Positions 30,844 to 40,601 of a stretch of DNA of 64,000 nt are shown here, one piece after another. Source of the stretch: Vulcanimicrobiota bacterium (GTDB lineage Bacteria > Vulcanimicrobiota > Vulcanimicrobiia > Vulcanimicrobiales > Vulcanimicrobiaceae); the NCBI GenBank assembly GCA_963723515.1, contig CAVRQT010000002.1, forward strand, positions 64,001 to 128,000. The letters run 5' to 3'. The notes under the pieces were generated by a model. The model was not told the DNA's origin, ran no database searches, and worked only from the letters and a program-made list of their open reading frames with translations. The stretch's first letter is position 1, and each line of letters starts with the position of its first letter. Both the position numbers and the translations under genes were made by a program.

Positions 30844-33515
30844 CTACGTGAGCGAACCCAAAGCCGCTTGCGCTGCCGCGAGGCGCGCGATGGGCACGCG
30901 ATAAGGCGAGCACGAAACGTAATTCAGCTTGAGTTGATGGCAAAACGCGACGCTCGACGGCTCGCCGCCGTGCTCGCCGCAGATGCCGATCTTCAAATCA
31001 GCGCGCGAGTCGCGTCCTCCGCGCACCGCCTCCTGCATCAAGGAGCCGACGCCTTTGCGATCGAGCACCAGGAACGGGTCGTCTTTGAGAATCTTCAATT
31101 CCAAATATTTCGGAATGAATGATGCTTCTGCGTCATCACGGCTGTAGCCGAAGGTCGTTTGCGTTAAGTCGTTGGTTCCGAACGAAAAAAACTGCGCTGT
31201 TTTGGCTAGCTCGCCGGCCACGATGCAAGCACGCGGCAATTCAATCATCGTTCCGATCCGATATTGAATCGAACGGCCGCGCTGCGCGCAAACTTCGTCG
31301 GCGACGCGTTTGGCCGCCGAGTACGTCGTCTTCATCTCCTCCGGCGTGCCCACACCTGGAATCATCACGTCCGGACGCGCATCGACACCTTGCTCATGCA
31401 AGATGCACGCGGCTTCAAAAATCGCACGCACTTGCATCGCGTAGATTTCGGGATAGACGATGCCTAACCGGCAGACGCGCAGGCCAAGCATCGGATTCTG
31501 TTCGTGCATTTGCCGTACGCGCTGCAAGACCGCAAATTTCTGCTTGTATTCGGCATTCTGTTCGCCACGCTGCAAGCGCAGCTCGGTCGTTTCAACGAGC
31601 AGCTTCTCAAGCGACGGCAAGAATTCGTGCAGCGGCGGGTCGAGTAGGCGAATCGTGACTGAATAGCCTTGCATGGCTTTCAGAATGCCGATGAAATCGT
31701 CGCGCTGGAACGGCAGCAGCTTCTCGAGCGCTTCAGCACGGGCTTCCGGAGTATTGGCCAGGATCATTTGCTGTACGATCGGCAGCCGGTCTTGCTGCAT
31801 GAACATGTGCTCCGTGCGGCAGAGCCCAATGCCGGTCGCGCCCAGATCGCGCGCCTTGCCTGCATCTTCCGGCGTGTCGGCATTTGCCCACACTTCCATT
31901 TCGCGCGCCTCGTCGGCCCACGAGAGAAACTCCGCCAGCCAATCAGGCAGTTTGGAAGGCGGATCGATCAGTGAAAGCCGTTTGGCAATCACGTCTCCGG
32001 TCGAGCCGTCGATCGTGATCCAATCGCCTTCGTGCAACATCGCGCCGTTCATCGAGGCCGTTCGTTTGCGCGGATCGATCTCCAATGCTTCACATCCGGC
32101 GACACAGGGTTTGCCCATGCCGCGCGCCACGACGGCCGCATGCGACGTTGCGCCGCCTTTGGCAGTCAACACGCCACGCGCGGCGATCATGCCGTGCACG
32201 TCGTCGGGCGTTGTCTCCGTGCGTACTAAGATCGTCTCTTTGCCGTCTTGCTTCCACGCGACCGCAGCGTCAGGGTCGAAGACGATTTGGCCAGTTGCCG
32301 CGCCCGGCGACGCGTTCAATCCACGCGCGACGGCTTCAAAGTGCTCGGAAGGATCGATGCGCGCGTGAAAGAGCTGGTCGAGCGATGCGGCGTCGACACG
32401 CGTCACCGCTTCGCGCCTTGAGATGATCCCTTCATCGACAAGCGCCATTGCGATCCTAACGGCGGCTTGCGCGGAGCGTTTTCCGTTTCGCGTTTGCAGC
32501 ATGTAGAGCTTGCCGCGCTCGATGGTGAATTCGAGATCTTGCATGTCACGGTAATGCCGCTCTAGCTTGCGAGCGATGTTATCGAATTGAGCATACACCT
32601 CGGGTTGCAAGCGTTGCAGATCTGCGATTTGCTCGGGCGTTCGAATGCCGGCGACCACATCTTCACCTTGCGCGTTGCGCAGATACTCGCCAAAGAGCTT
32701 CGCTTCGCCGGTGTTGGGGTCGCGCGTGAACGCAACCCCGGTTCCGGAGTCGTCGCCTAAATTCCCGAAGACCATCGCCACAACATTAACGGCCGTGCCC
32801 CAGTCGTCGGGAATCTTATGGTAGCGACGGTACTCAATCGCGCGCTTTGAGTTCCACGATTCAAAGACGGCCCGAATGGCGAGGTCCAGTTGTTCGCGCA
32901 CATCTTGTGGAAAGTCGTGCCCGCGTCTTTTCTTTGACGATCGCCTTGAATTTGTCGACGAGCGCACGCCATGTTGCGGCATCAAGCTGCGTATCGTCCC
33001 GCACGCCGAGCCGTTTTTTTGCGGCTGCGATCTGCTCCTCAAAGATGTGCTTATCGACATCCAACACGACATTCGAGAACATCATGACAAACCGGCGATA
33101 GGCATCCCAGGCGAAGCGTTCGTTGCCGGTCATCTTGACAAGCGCTTGCACCGTCTGATCGTTTAAGCCGAGATTCAGAATGGTATCCATCATGCCGGGC
33201 ATCGAGGCGCGTGCGCCGCTGCGCACGGAAACGAGCAGCGGGTTTTCGCGGATCTCCGAAACGTTTGCCCGTCTGTTTTTCAAGCCGTTGCATCGCATCG
33301 TCGATTTGCGCCTGGAGGCCACTCGGATAGCGGTCGCCTTGCGCGAAAAATTCCAAGCAGGCTTGCGTTGTGATCGTAAAGCCATCCGGAACGGGTAGAC
33401 CGGCGCGCGTCATCTCGGCCAAACCCGCGCCCTTGCCGCCGAGCAGCTCCCGCATCGACGCATCGCCCTCGTCGAAGAAGTATACGAATTTCGCCGCTCG
33501 CTCAGAGGCGCTCAT
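30844..33515 (-). CDS. ppdK: Pyruvate, phosphate dikinase; frameshifts near 33250 and 32930
   Basis: [51 protein letters not shown] (phospho-His), [18 protein letters not shown] and GICGEHGG. Confidence 0.97.
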
Positions 33516-34851
33516 CGAAGTATCCTTTCAGCGAGTCAACGCTGATGCGGTCCTGCCGCATTGAATCGCGATCGCGAACGGTCACGGATTGGTATTCTAG
33601 TGTTTCATAATCAACCGTGACGCAGAACGGCGTGCCGATCTCGTCTTGGCGCCGGTAGAGTTGTCCGATGTTGCCCTCGTCATACTGCGTCCGAAGCTTC
33701 TCGTGGAGTGATGATTCGATCGAACGCGCGCGTTCGACTAATTGCGGCTTGTTTCGCGGCAAGCGAAAAGACGGCGACCTGCAGCGGCGCAACCTTCGGA
33801 TGAAACCGCAGGACGACGCGCTCCGTCTCTTTACCGTTCGGATCGACGCTCTTCTCCAATTCGTAGGCATCGATCAGCATCGTCAGCGTCGTGCGGTCCA
33901 TTCCGGCCGAGCTTTCGATCAAGAGCCGGCGTATAATGCGTTTTCGTCGCTTCATCGAAGAAGCGCAAATCTTTGCCGGAGAGCCGCATGTGCGCATCGA
34001 GGTCGTATGTACCGCGGTGGGCGATCGACTCCAGTTCGCCCCAGCCCCACGGAAAGAGATATTCAACGTCAACACCGGCTTTCGCATAATGTGGACGCTC
34101 TTCGGCGCTCAATTCGTAGAAGCGCAAGCGATCCGGTTTGACGCCGTAATCGGCGTACCATTTCTTGCGAGCCTGCACCCAATGCTCGAACCACTTCAAG
34201 TCGTTGCCGTCGTCGGGAACGAAATATTCGAGTTCGGCTTGCTCGAATTCACGCAGGCGATACGTTAAGTTGCCCGGCGTGATTTCATTGCGAAACGCTT
34301 TGCCGAACTGCGCGACGCCGAATGGCGGCCGCTTGCGAGCGGTTTGATAGATGTTTTTAAAGTTAACGAAGATGCCTTGCGCGGTTTCGGGGCGCAGATA
34401 CGTGCGCGAAGCTGAATCCTCCATCGGCCCGAGCGATGTCTGCAGCATCAAATTGAAATTGCGCGGCTCGGTAAACGAATGTTTCGAGCCGCAGTCCGGA
34501 CAAACGTCTGGATTCTCGAGGTGATCCGCGCGAAAGCGATGCTTGCAGACGCGACAATCGACGAGGCGGTCGACGAAGGCGTCCAGGTGCCCGGAGGCTT
34601 TCCACGCCGAGTGGGTGCATCAGAATGGCGGAGTCGAACGCCACGACGTCGTCACGTGACTCGACCATCTCGCGCCACCAGGCTTCCTTTATATTGCGCT
34701 TTAGGAGCGCTCCAAGCGGGCCGTAGTCATAGACGCCGGCGAGGCCGCCGTAGATGTCGCTCGACGGGAAGATGAAACCGCGGCGCTTCGCGAGTGCCGT
34801 GATCTCTTCCAAAGATGCGCCGGTCGCTTGGGCATGCTGCTCGACCGTCAC
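33502..34851 (-). CDS. glyQS: Glycine-tRNA ligase, homodimeric alpha2 type; frameshifts near 34610, 33930 and 33760
   Basis: [52 protein letters not shown] and [12 protein letters not shown]. Confidence 0.95.
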
Positions 34852-35243
34852 CCCTGACCTCGCTTCGCGAGAAATGCCGCTGCCATGCGCTTCGGCGCGC
34901 GCGCGAGCCATGCTTCGGTCATGAGATTCTTCAATTCTCGAATGCCGATCTTACTGAGCTGCACCAAGATGGCCGGATAGCCGTCGAAATGCGGCGTCGT
35001 AAAGTACACGCGGGGGTTGCTTGCAAGGAGCACGTCCTTCATTTCAAGGTCGGCAGTCCGCACTCCCAAGATCTGGCCCTTCGGCGCTTTATCGCCAAGC
35101 GCAATCAGGTCCGAACGCCGCAGCGGACGCTCCCAAACGAAGAACTTATCGCCGACCGTCCACGCCGCGCGCTCGTGTGACTTGATTTCCTTGGCCGCCG
35201 GAAATGCGAGCGCAATCCGGCGCACATCCCGCCAAGAAGCCAT
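34848..35243 (-). CDS. MmcQ/YjbR-family protein
   Basis: [28 protein letters not shown] and [10 protein letters not shown]. Confidence 0.85.
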   Translation of the reverse strand: MASWRDVRRIALAFPAAKEIKSHERAAWTVGDKFFVWERPLRRSDLIALGDKAPKGQILGVRTADLEMKDVLLASNPRVYFTTPHFDGYPAILVQLSKIGIRELKNLMTEAWLARAPKRMAAAFLAKRGQG

Positions 35244-35300
35244 AAGAGCGCGACTTTGTTGCACGTAAAGCACCGGTTCCTTGAGGAGCGCTGGGAACGC

Positions 35301-35925
35301 CTACGAGGCTTTAGGAGAACCGTCCGATTCAGGCGGTGGTACTGGCCAACGACAATGTAGTTCCATCCGGTGCGTACCGCGAGGATAAGAACTCCAGGAT
35401 GAGACTTTATCCAGTCTTCGGACAACGCTGCCAAATATTCAAAGTTCTCCCAGCCGGCGTTCGTGTCCATCAACTCACGACCAGTGCAGTGAAGGGCTCG
35501 AGTCGCTTCCACGCCCCCGATGTGAGGGCGCAATACTGGTCCACAGACAACTTGGGGTCCACGATCTGGTGGCAGAACCATCAGACCAAGTGAGTCAAAA
35601 GTGTTTCCAACGAGCACGACGGCGTGATGCATGTCGACGTACTCCTGTTTAACATCGGACGGCGGCGGCAGAACGCCGCCAGATCGAGATCTTCATAATC
35701 ACGATAACGCGGATCTTCGAGCAACACCTCAAGACGGGCGTTGGCTAATGTGAGCCCTTGCTACGTTAAATTGCGGTCGTTCAGTTGGCCGTCGACTGTG
35801 AGCAGGGCTTGAATCTGGTTTCCGGCTCGCAGATGCCTCAGCTGCACGAGCGCTGCAATCGCCGTCGCGGCAATGATCGCGACGGTTGCGAGCGCCGCGA
35901 TTGCGTTGATCACCTCGAGCCGCAC
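35301..35925 (-). pseudogene. Degraded paralogue of 35935-36484 (DUF4760-like membrane-anchored protein)
   Basis: GTG at 35925 after an AAGGAG RBS reads VRLEVINAIAALATVAIIAATAIAALVQLRHLRAGNQ. In-frame TAG near 35762 and several frameshifts. WENFEYLAALSEDW..HP matches FENFEWLAARAERW..HP. Confidence 0.75.
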
Positions 35926-35934
35926 GTCATCTCC

Positions 35935-36484
35935 TTATTGCTGAGGGTTTGGCAGAACCGCGCCGAGCATACGTGGCTCGCCGGGTGGATAATCGCCATG
36001 CGGGTGCTGATCCTGCCAACGCTCGGCTCGCGCTGCGAGCCATTCGAAATTCTCGAAAACGTACGGAAGGCCGCGACGAACCTCCGCGACGACATCGCGC
36101 AGCAACCGCCAGTAAAGATGGACGTTCCACCACTCGGTCTGAAGAAAAACCTTCTCGTCGATGAGCCCGCTGCGCACGAAGGAACCGACATGGTTATACA
36201 TATCGCAGAGATAAAGTTCCGGATGCTGGCGGCGGTCGACCGGAATTTCGCGCAAGCTAGCGACAAACTATTCGTCCGTCATCCGATCGCTCCAGATCGT
36301 GCCGAATGTAGTTGACCAACTCCCGTACAGCGGGATCCATAAGCATGTTGAATGCGCTTTGCAAGCCCGCGAGTTGGTTCGAAAGCCGAATGTGGCGAAG
36401 TTGTACAAACGCTGCGATTGCGGTCGCAGCGATGACGACAAATGTCCCTATCGCGGCGATCGTGCTCCAAGCTTCGAGCGACAT
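35935..36484 (-). CDS. DUF4760-like protein with N-terminal TM helix; interrupted near 36260-36290
   Basis: MSLEAWSTIAAIGTFVVIAATAIAAFVQLRH in ORF 36257-36484 continues as YNHVGSFVRSGLID and FENFEWLA in ORF 35935-36255. Confidence 0.65.
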
Positions 36485-36564
36485 CCCGGGCTGGTTCCTT
36501 TAGGTCCTATAAAATACCGTTACATGAACGGTACTTACGGACGATGCGCTGAAAGGACGGCGTA

Positions 36565-37207
36565 ATGAGCAAGGTTCGCGTTGCAGCGTTTTCAGTTTCA
36601 CTCGACGGGTTCGGCGCCGGGCCGAGGCAGGACTTGAACAATCCACTCGGTGTTCGCGGCGAAGAACTTCACGGATGGTTCTTAGAGACGGAAGCGTGGA
36701 ATCAGATGCACGGTCAGAACGGCGGAAGCCGCGGCATCGATAATGATTTCGCGGTCCGATCTTTCGAGAACATTGGCGCTTGGATATTAGGACGAAACAT
36801 GTTCGGCCCCATTCGCGGACCTTGGGAAGACGATTCCTGGAAGGGGTGGTGGGGAGACGAGCCGCCGTACCACACACCGGTCTTCGTGCTCACGCATTAT
36901 GCGCGATCGCCGCTTCGGATGCAGGGCGGCACGACGTTCTACTTCGTCACCGACGGCATCGAATCGGCTCTGCAACAAGCGAAAGTGCGGCCCAAGGCAA
37001 AGACGTTCGAATCGGCGGTGGCGTCTCAACAATACGCCAGTATCTGCTGGGCACCATATTGATGAGTTGCAGCTTTCAATGTCGCCCGTGCTACTGGGCG
37101 ACGGTGAACACCTGTTCAACGACATTAACTTGCCGGCGCTAGGCTTTAATTCGATCGAGCGAGTTCCCGGCGAGCGCGCGACCCACGTCGTCATTAGGAA
37201 GGCCTGA
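36565..37207 (+). CDS. Dihydrofolate reductase/RibD C-terminal family protein; frameshifts near 36985 and 37050
   Basis: SVSLDGF, ILGRNMF, PVFVLTH, FVTDGIESA, IGGGVST and PVLLGDG. Confidence 0.88.
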
Positions 37208-37293
37208 CGTTAAACGCGGGTTGGGAGCGCTTCAGTCCCGTTTGGCTGCGTCTCGGCACGGAGTCGAACACCGCTCCGCGCCAGTGAAAACCC

Positions 37294-37677
37294 CTACGGA
37301 CAGTCGTGCCGCTGTGGGAACGCACGCCAAGCGCGGTTTGCTGCGATTTGGGCACCGTGAACATCGCCCGGATGACCGTTAAGATACGCCGATCCAGATT
37401 GCGCCGAGGTAATGCGTATCTGCGCTCCTTCGGCAACACATCGCCGAATGAAGACATTGTGGATCAGCGGTAGGTATTTCTCCGTGGAACGAAACTGTGC
37501 GAGAGCCTGCGTGTATTTGTGCCGGTCCATAAGTCGCTCTCCCGGCGCCCAACTCGCTTGTACTTCGTCGATTGCAGGTTGATCCGCTCCAAAATGAACG
37601 CATGCGCGCACATCGGACGGGAAGAACACAGCTAAGCTCAATGCGACATATGCGGCGCAGATTGAGAGCCTGCTCAT
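37294..37677 (-). CDS. Small secreted hypothetical protein
   Basis: Signal-like N-terminus MSRLSICAAYVALSLAVFF; helical; several Cys residues. Confidence 0.5.
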   Translation of the reverse strand: MSRLSICAAYVALSLAVFFPSDVRACVHFGADQPAIDEVQASWAPGERLMDRHKYTQALAQFRSTEKYLPLIHNVFIRRCVAEGAQIRITSAQSGSAYLNGHPGDVHGAQIAANRAWRAFPQRHDCP

Positions 37678-37784
37678 AGCTACATAATCTGCGTACCTCA
37701 CGTCAGCTTCCTCCGGCGTCCTACCGCCGCTGCGTGGAACGCATTGATATCTCTTCAGCGCGTGCAACGGGTGAGATAACTCAT

Positions 37785-37978
37785 GGGGGACTAGTCGTCT
37801 GCGCTGCAGAGAGCGATTGAAAACCGCTGGGGCGCTTCGATGGTGTTGACTGGCGGCTTGATACCCCGTCCAGCCCCGGGTTCGATTCCCGGGCGCTCCA
37901 GCCGCCGCAGCGCTTTGCTGTTGTGAAGTCGTGAGACGTGTGGTATTGTCGACTGGGGTATCAAGCCGAAAGACACAT
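37785..37978 (+). ncRNA. Candidate structured tRNA-mimic ncRNA (Y-RNA/YrlA-like)
   Basis: Canonical T-arm CCCGGG-TTCGATT-CCCGGG (37875-37893). Perfect 14-bp stem 37854-37867/37955-37968. GCCGAAAG at 37965-37972. D-loop-like TGTGGTAT. Intrinsic terminator immediately downstream. Confidence 0.6.
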
Positions 37979-37987
37979 TGAAACGCG

Positions 37988-38022
37988 CGAGGCGTCGCAG
38001 TAATGCGGCGCCTCGTTTATTT
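37988..38022 (+). terminator. Rho-independent terminator
   Basis: CGAGGCGTCGCA-GTAA-TGCGGCGCCTCG followed by TTTATTT. Confidence 0.85.
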
Positions 38023-38083
38023 AGCGGCAGCCGCTGTCATCGACCGAGACGCCTCAGCTTCTTTGCCTCGACGGACTCGTCCG

Positions 38084-38107
38084 CCCTTGGACAAGCTCAG
38101 GATGACA
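38084..38107. repeat. REP-like repeat copy
   Basis: CCCTTGGACAAGCTCAGGATGACA differs at 2 positions from 10004-10027. Confidence 0.8.
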
Positions 38108-38140
38108 AAGAGTTGCGCGCTATCGGGCAGCGCAGCGGCG

Positions 38141-39240
38141 TTAAGCCGTTGCTTTATGCGCCTTCGGTTGTGTTTCCGCCCGCAGTTGGCCGCACGCGGC
38201 GGTGATATCGCGGCCCATGTTCGCGCGCACCGTCACCGGTACGCCGGCCGCTTCTACGATCGCCGCAAATTCCCAAATCCTTGCATCCGGCGTAGCGCCA
38301 AAATTCCCGTCCGGCGTCGCGTTGTATGGGATCAGGTTCACATGATAGAGCCGCCCGCGCATCAACGCAGCCAACTCCTGCGCCTGTGCAGGCGAATCGT
38401 TCATGCCGGCGAGCATCACGTACTCGAAGAACACTTTGCGATTTGTCTTCTCGATGTAACGCTCGCAGGCACTCATTAGCTCGTAGAGATTCCAGCGCCG
38501 GTTCACCGGCATCATCTGCGAGCGGAGCGCGTCATTGGGTGCATGCAGCGAAATCGCCAAATTGACCTGAACCGCCTCCTCAGCAAACCGATCGATCTTC
38601 GGCACGACGCCGACGGTGGAGATCGTGATGTGACGCTGCCCTAAGCCGAAGCCGCGCGGATCGTTCAGCAAAGCCACCGCATCCATGACGGCGTCGTAAT
38701 TGGCGAACGGCTCACCCATGCCCATAAAGACGATGTTTGTTATGCGCTTGCCCTTTTGCGCAAGTGTTTGTGCAAAGAAGCGTGCCTGTTCGAAAATTTC
38801 CGTGGCGCTTAATTGCCGCGTAAAGCCGCCTTGGCCGGTCGCGCAGAAGGCGCAGCCGTACGCACAACCCGCCTGACTTGAGATGCAGACCGTGTTGCGG
38901 TCGCCGAAATGCTCCATCAAGACCGTTTCTACTTCGACGCGATCGCGCAAAGCGAAGAGCGCTTTTGTAGTTTGCCGATCGTTCGAGCGCTGCACCGTAA
39001 TCGGCGAGAGTGAATTGAGTTCGAAGCCGCTTGGCGCAAGCCAGAGCGCAGATCTTTCGGCAGTACACTGATGTCGTCGATATCGCTAAGAAGCTCTCGC
39101 GTTGCGGCGCGATAGAGTTGCGCGATCCGGTAGGGTTTCAATCCAAAGCGGCGCGCAAGGTCAGCGCCGTCAGAAAAACCAGCCGTGCGCGCCTTCTCGT
39201 CGATCCAAATCGCGCGTGCCTCTCGATTCACGGCGCTCAT
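38141..39240 (-). CDS. rlmN: Dual-specificity 23S rRNA/tRNA A-C2 methyltransferase; frameshift near 39030
   Basis: CISSQAGCAYGCAFCATG, FMGMGEP, ISLHA, VNLIPYN and DITAACGQL. Confidence 0.95.
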
Positions 39241-39325
39241 CCTACCATAGTCGCTTTCGGGGGTCGACGCTGAGACGCTTCTGAGACGCCCCATCGGCTA
39301 TGCTCGCCGGAAAGGAGGCAAAACG

Positions 39326-39517
39326 ATGCAGAATTCTAGCCGCAGCTACATTGACTGCCGCGAATATCCGAGTGAAAAGAATTGCAGTTTGCGCATTTCA
39401 GGCACCGAGCAAGAGGTGCTACCAACCGCTGAGGCCCACGCCGTTTCAGCTGACGGACACACGCAAGGCTCTGAACTGCGCGAGAACTTGCGCAAAGCGC
39501 TCAAGAAAGAGGGCTAG
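39326..39517 (+). CDS. DUF1059-family small protein
   Basis: AGGAGG RBS; YIDCREYPSEKNCSLRISGTEQEVL..AEAHAV..GH. Confidence 0.82.
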   Translation: MQNSSRSYIDCREYPSEKNCSLRISGTEQEVLPTAEAHAVSADGHTQGSELRENLRKALKKEG

Positions 39518-39520
39518 ACG

Positions 39521-40601
39521 ATGGCCACGCAACTCGACCAACGACCGATAGACAGCGAGAAGTCCGAAGCGTTCTTAATGAAGATGATTGCTGATATCGG
39601 CGCGACGATAACGGGCGCATCCGTGATCGTCGGTGACAAACTTGGACTCTACAAGACGCTCAACGAACGCGGACCGATGACATCCGTCGAGCTGGCAGCA
39701 GCGACCGGCACACACGAGCGATACGTTCGTGAATGGCTCGCAAACCAAGACGGCAAGCGGCTATCTCGAATACAATGCAGACGCGAAAACCTTCACCTTA
39801 CCGCCTGAGCATGCGCCGGTGCTGGCTGATGAAAACAGCCCTGTGCTCCTGTGCGGCCTCTATCAAATCGCGCAGACGCTCTACACCGACGAACCTGCGA
39901 TCACCAACGCGTTTCGTCAAGGCAGCGGGGTTGGATGGGACCAGCATGACAAACGTCTTTTCGCAGCGACGGAGCGCTTCTTTCGACCTGGCTACAGTGC
40001 GAACGTGACGACGAACTGGATTCCGGCGCTCGACGGCGTTGACGCGAAGCTGCGCGCCGGCGCATCTGTCGCCGACGTCGGGTGCGGCCTTGGCACCTCA
40101 ACGATCATTATGGCAAAGGCCTATCCAAAATCACGTTTCGTCGGTTTCGATTACCACGATGGCTCTATCGACGCGGCTCGCAACGCTGCCAAAGCAGCCG
40201 GAGTCGATGATCGCGTTCGGTTCGAGGTCAGTTCGGCGAAGGCGTTTCCCGGGAGGGATTACGACTTCATCGCCTGTTTCGATTGCATCCACGACATGGG
40301 AGATCCGATCGGCGCGGCGATGCACATCAGAAAAGCGCTAAAACGTGACGGAACATTCATGATGGTCGAACCGTTTGCGAACGACCGCTTTGAGGACAAC
40401 CTCAACCCGGTAGGACGCATCTACTACGGTGCATCGACGTTTCTCTGCACGCCGGCATCGATCGCGCAAGAAGTTGGCGCGGCGCTGGGAGCTCAGGCCG
40501 GTGAGGCAAGGCTTCGTGCGGTCTTTGAAGAGGCGGGATTCAGCCGCTTCAGGCGCGCGACTGAAACTCCGTTTAATCTGATCTTCGAGGCGCGGCCGTA
40601 G
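39521..40601 (+). CDS. Class I SAM-dependent methyltransferase with N-terminal winged helix (Rv2258c-like); frameshift near 39750
   Basis: GDKLGLY, ERYVREWL, VADVGCGLG, FDCIHDMGDP, LGAQAGE and ETPFN. Confidence 0.9.

Noticed and set aside
30844..34851. ppdK and glyQS as pseudogenes
   Set aside because: The motifs are fully conserved, only isolated indels are present, and glyQS is essential, so assembly error is more parsimonious.
37829..37900. Canonical tRNA-Ile(GAT), tRNA-Sec or tRNA-Pyl gene
   Set aside because: The D arm is non-standard, there is a C-C mismatch closing the anticodon loop, there is no TCA or CTA anticodon and no long variable arm. Kept only as a tRNA-like fold.
37785..38022. 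tmRNA (standard or circularly permuted)
   Set aside because: G3:U70, the T arm and TCGACTGGGG resemble the tmRNA tRNA-like domain. However, the element is too short and has no recognisable tag reading frame or pseudoknot region before the terminator.
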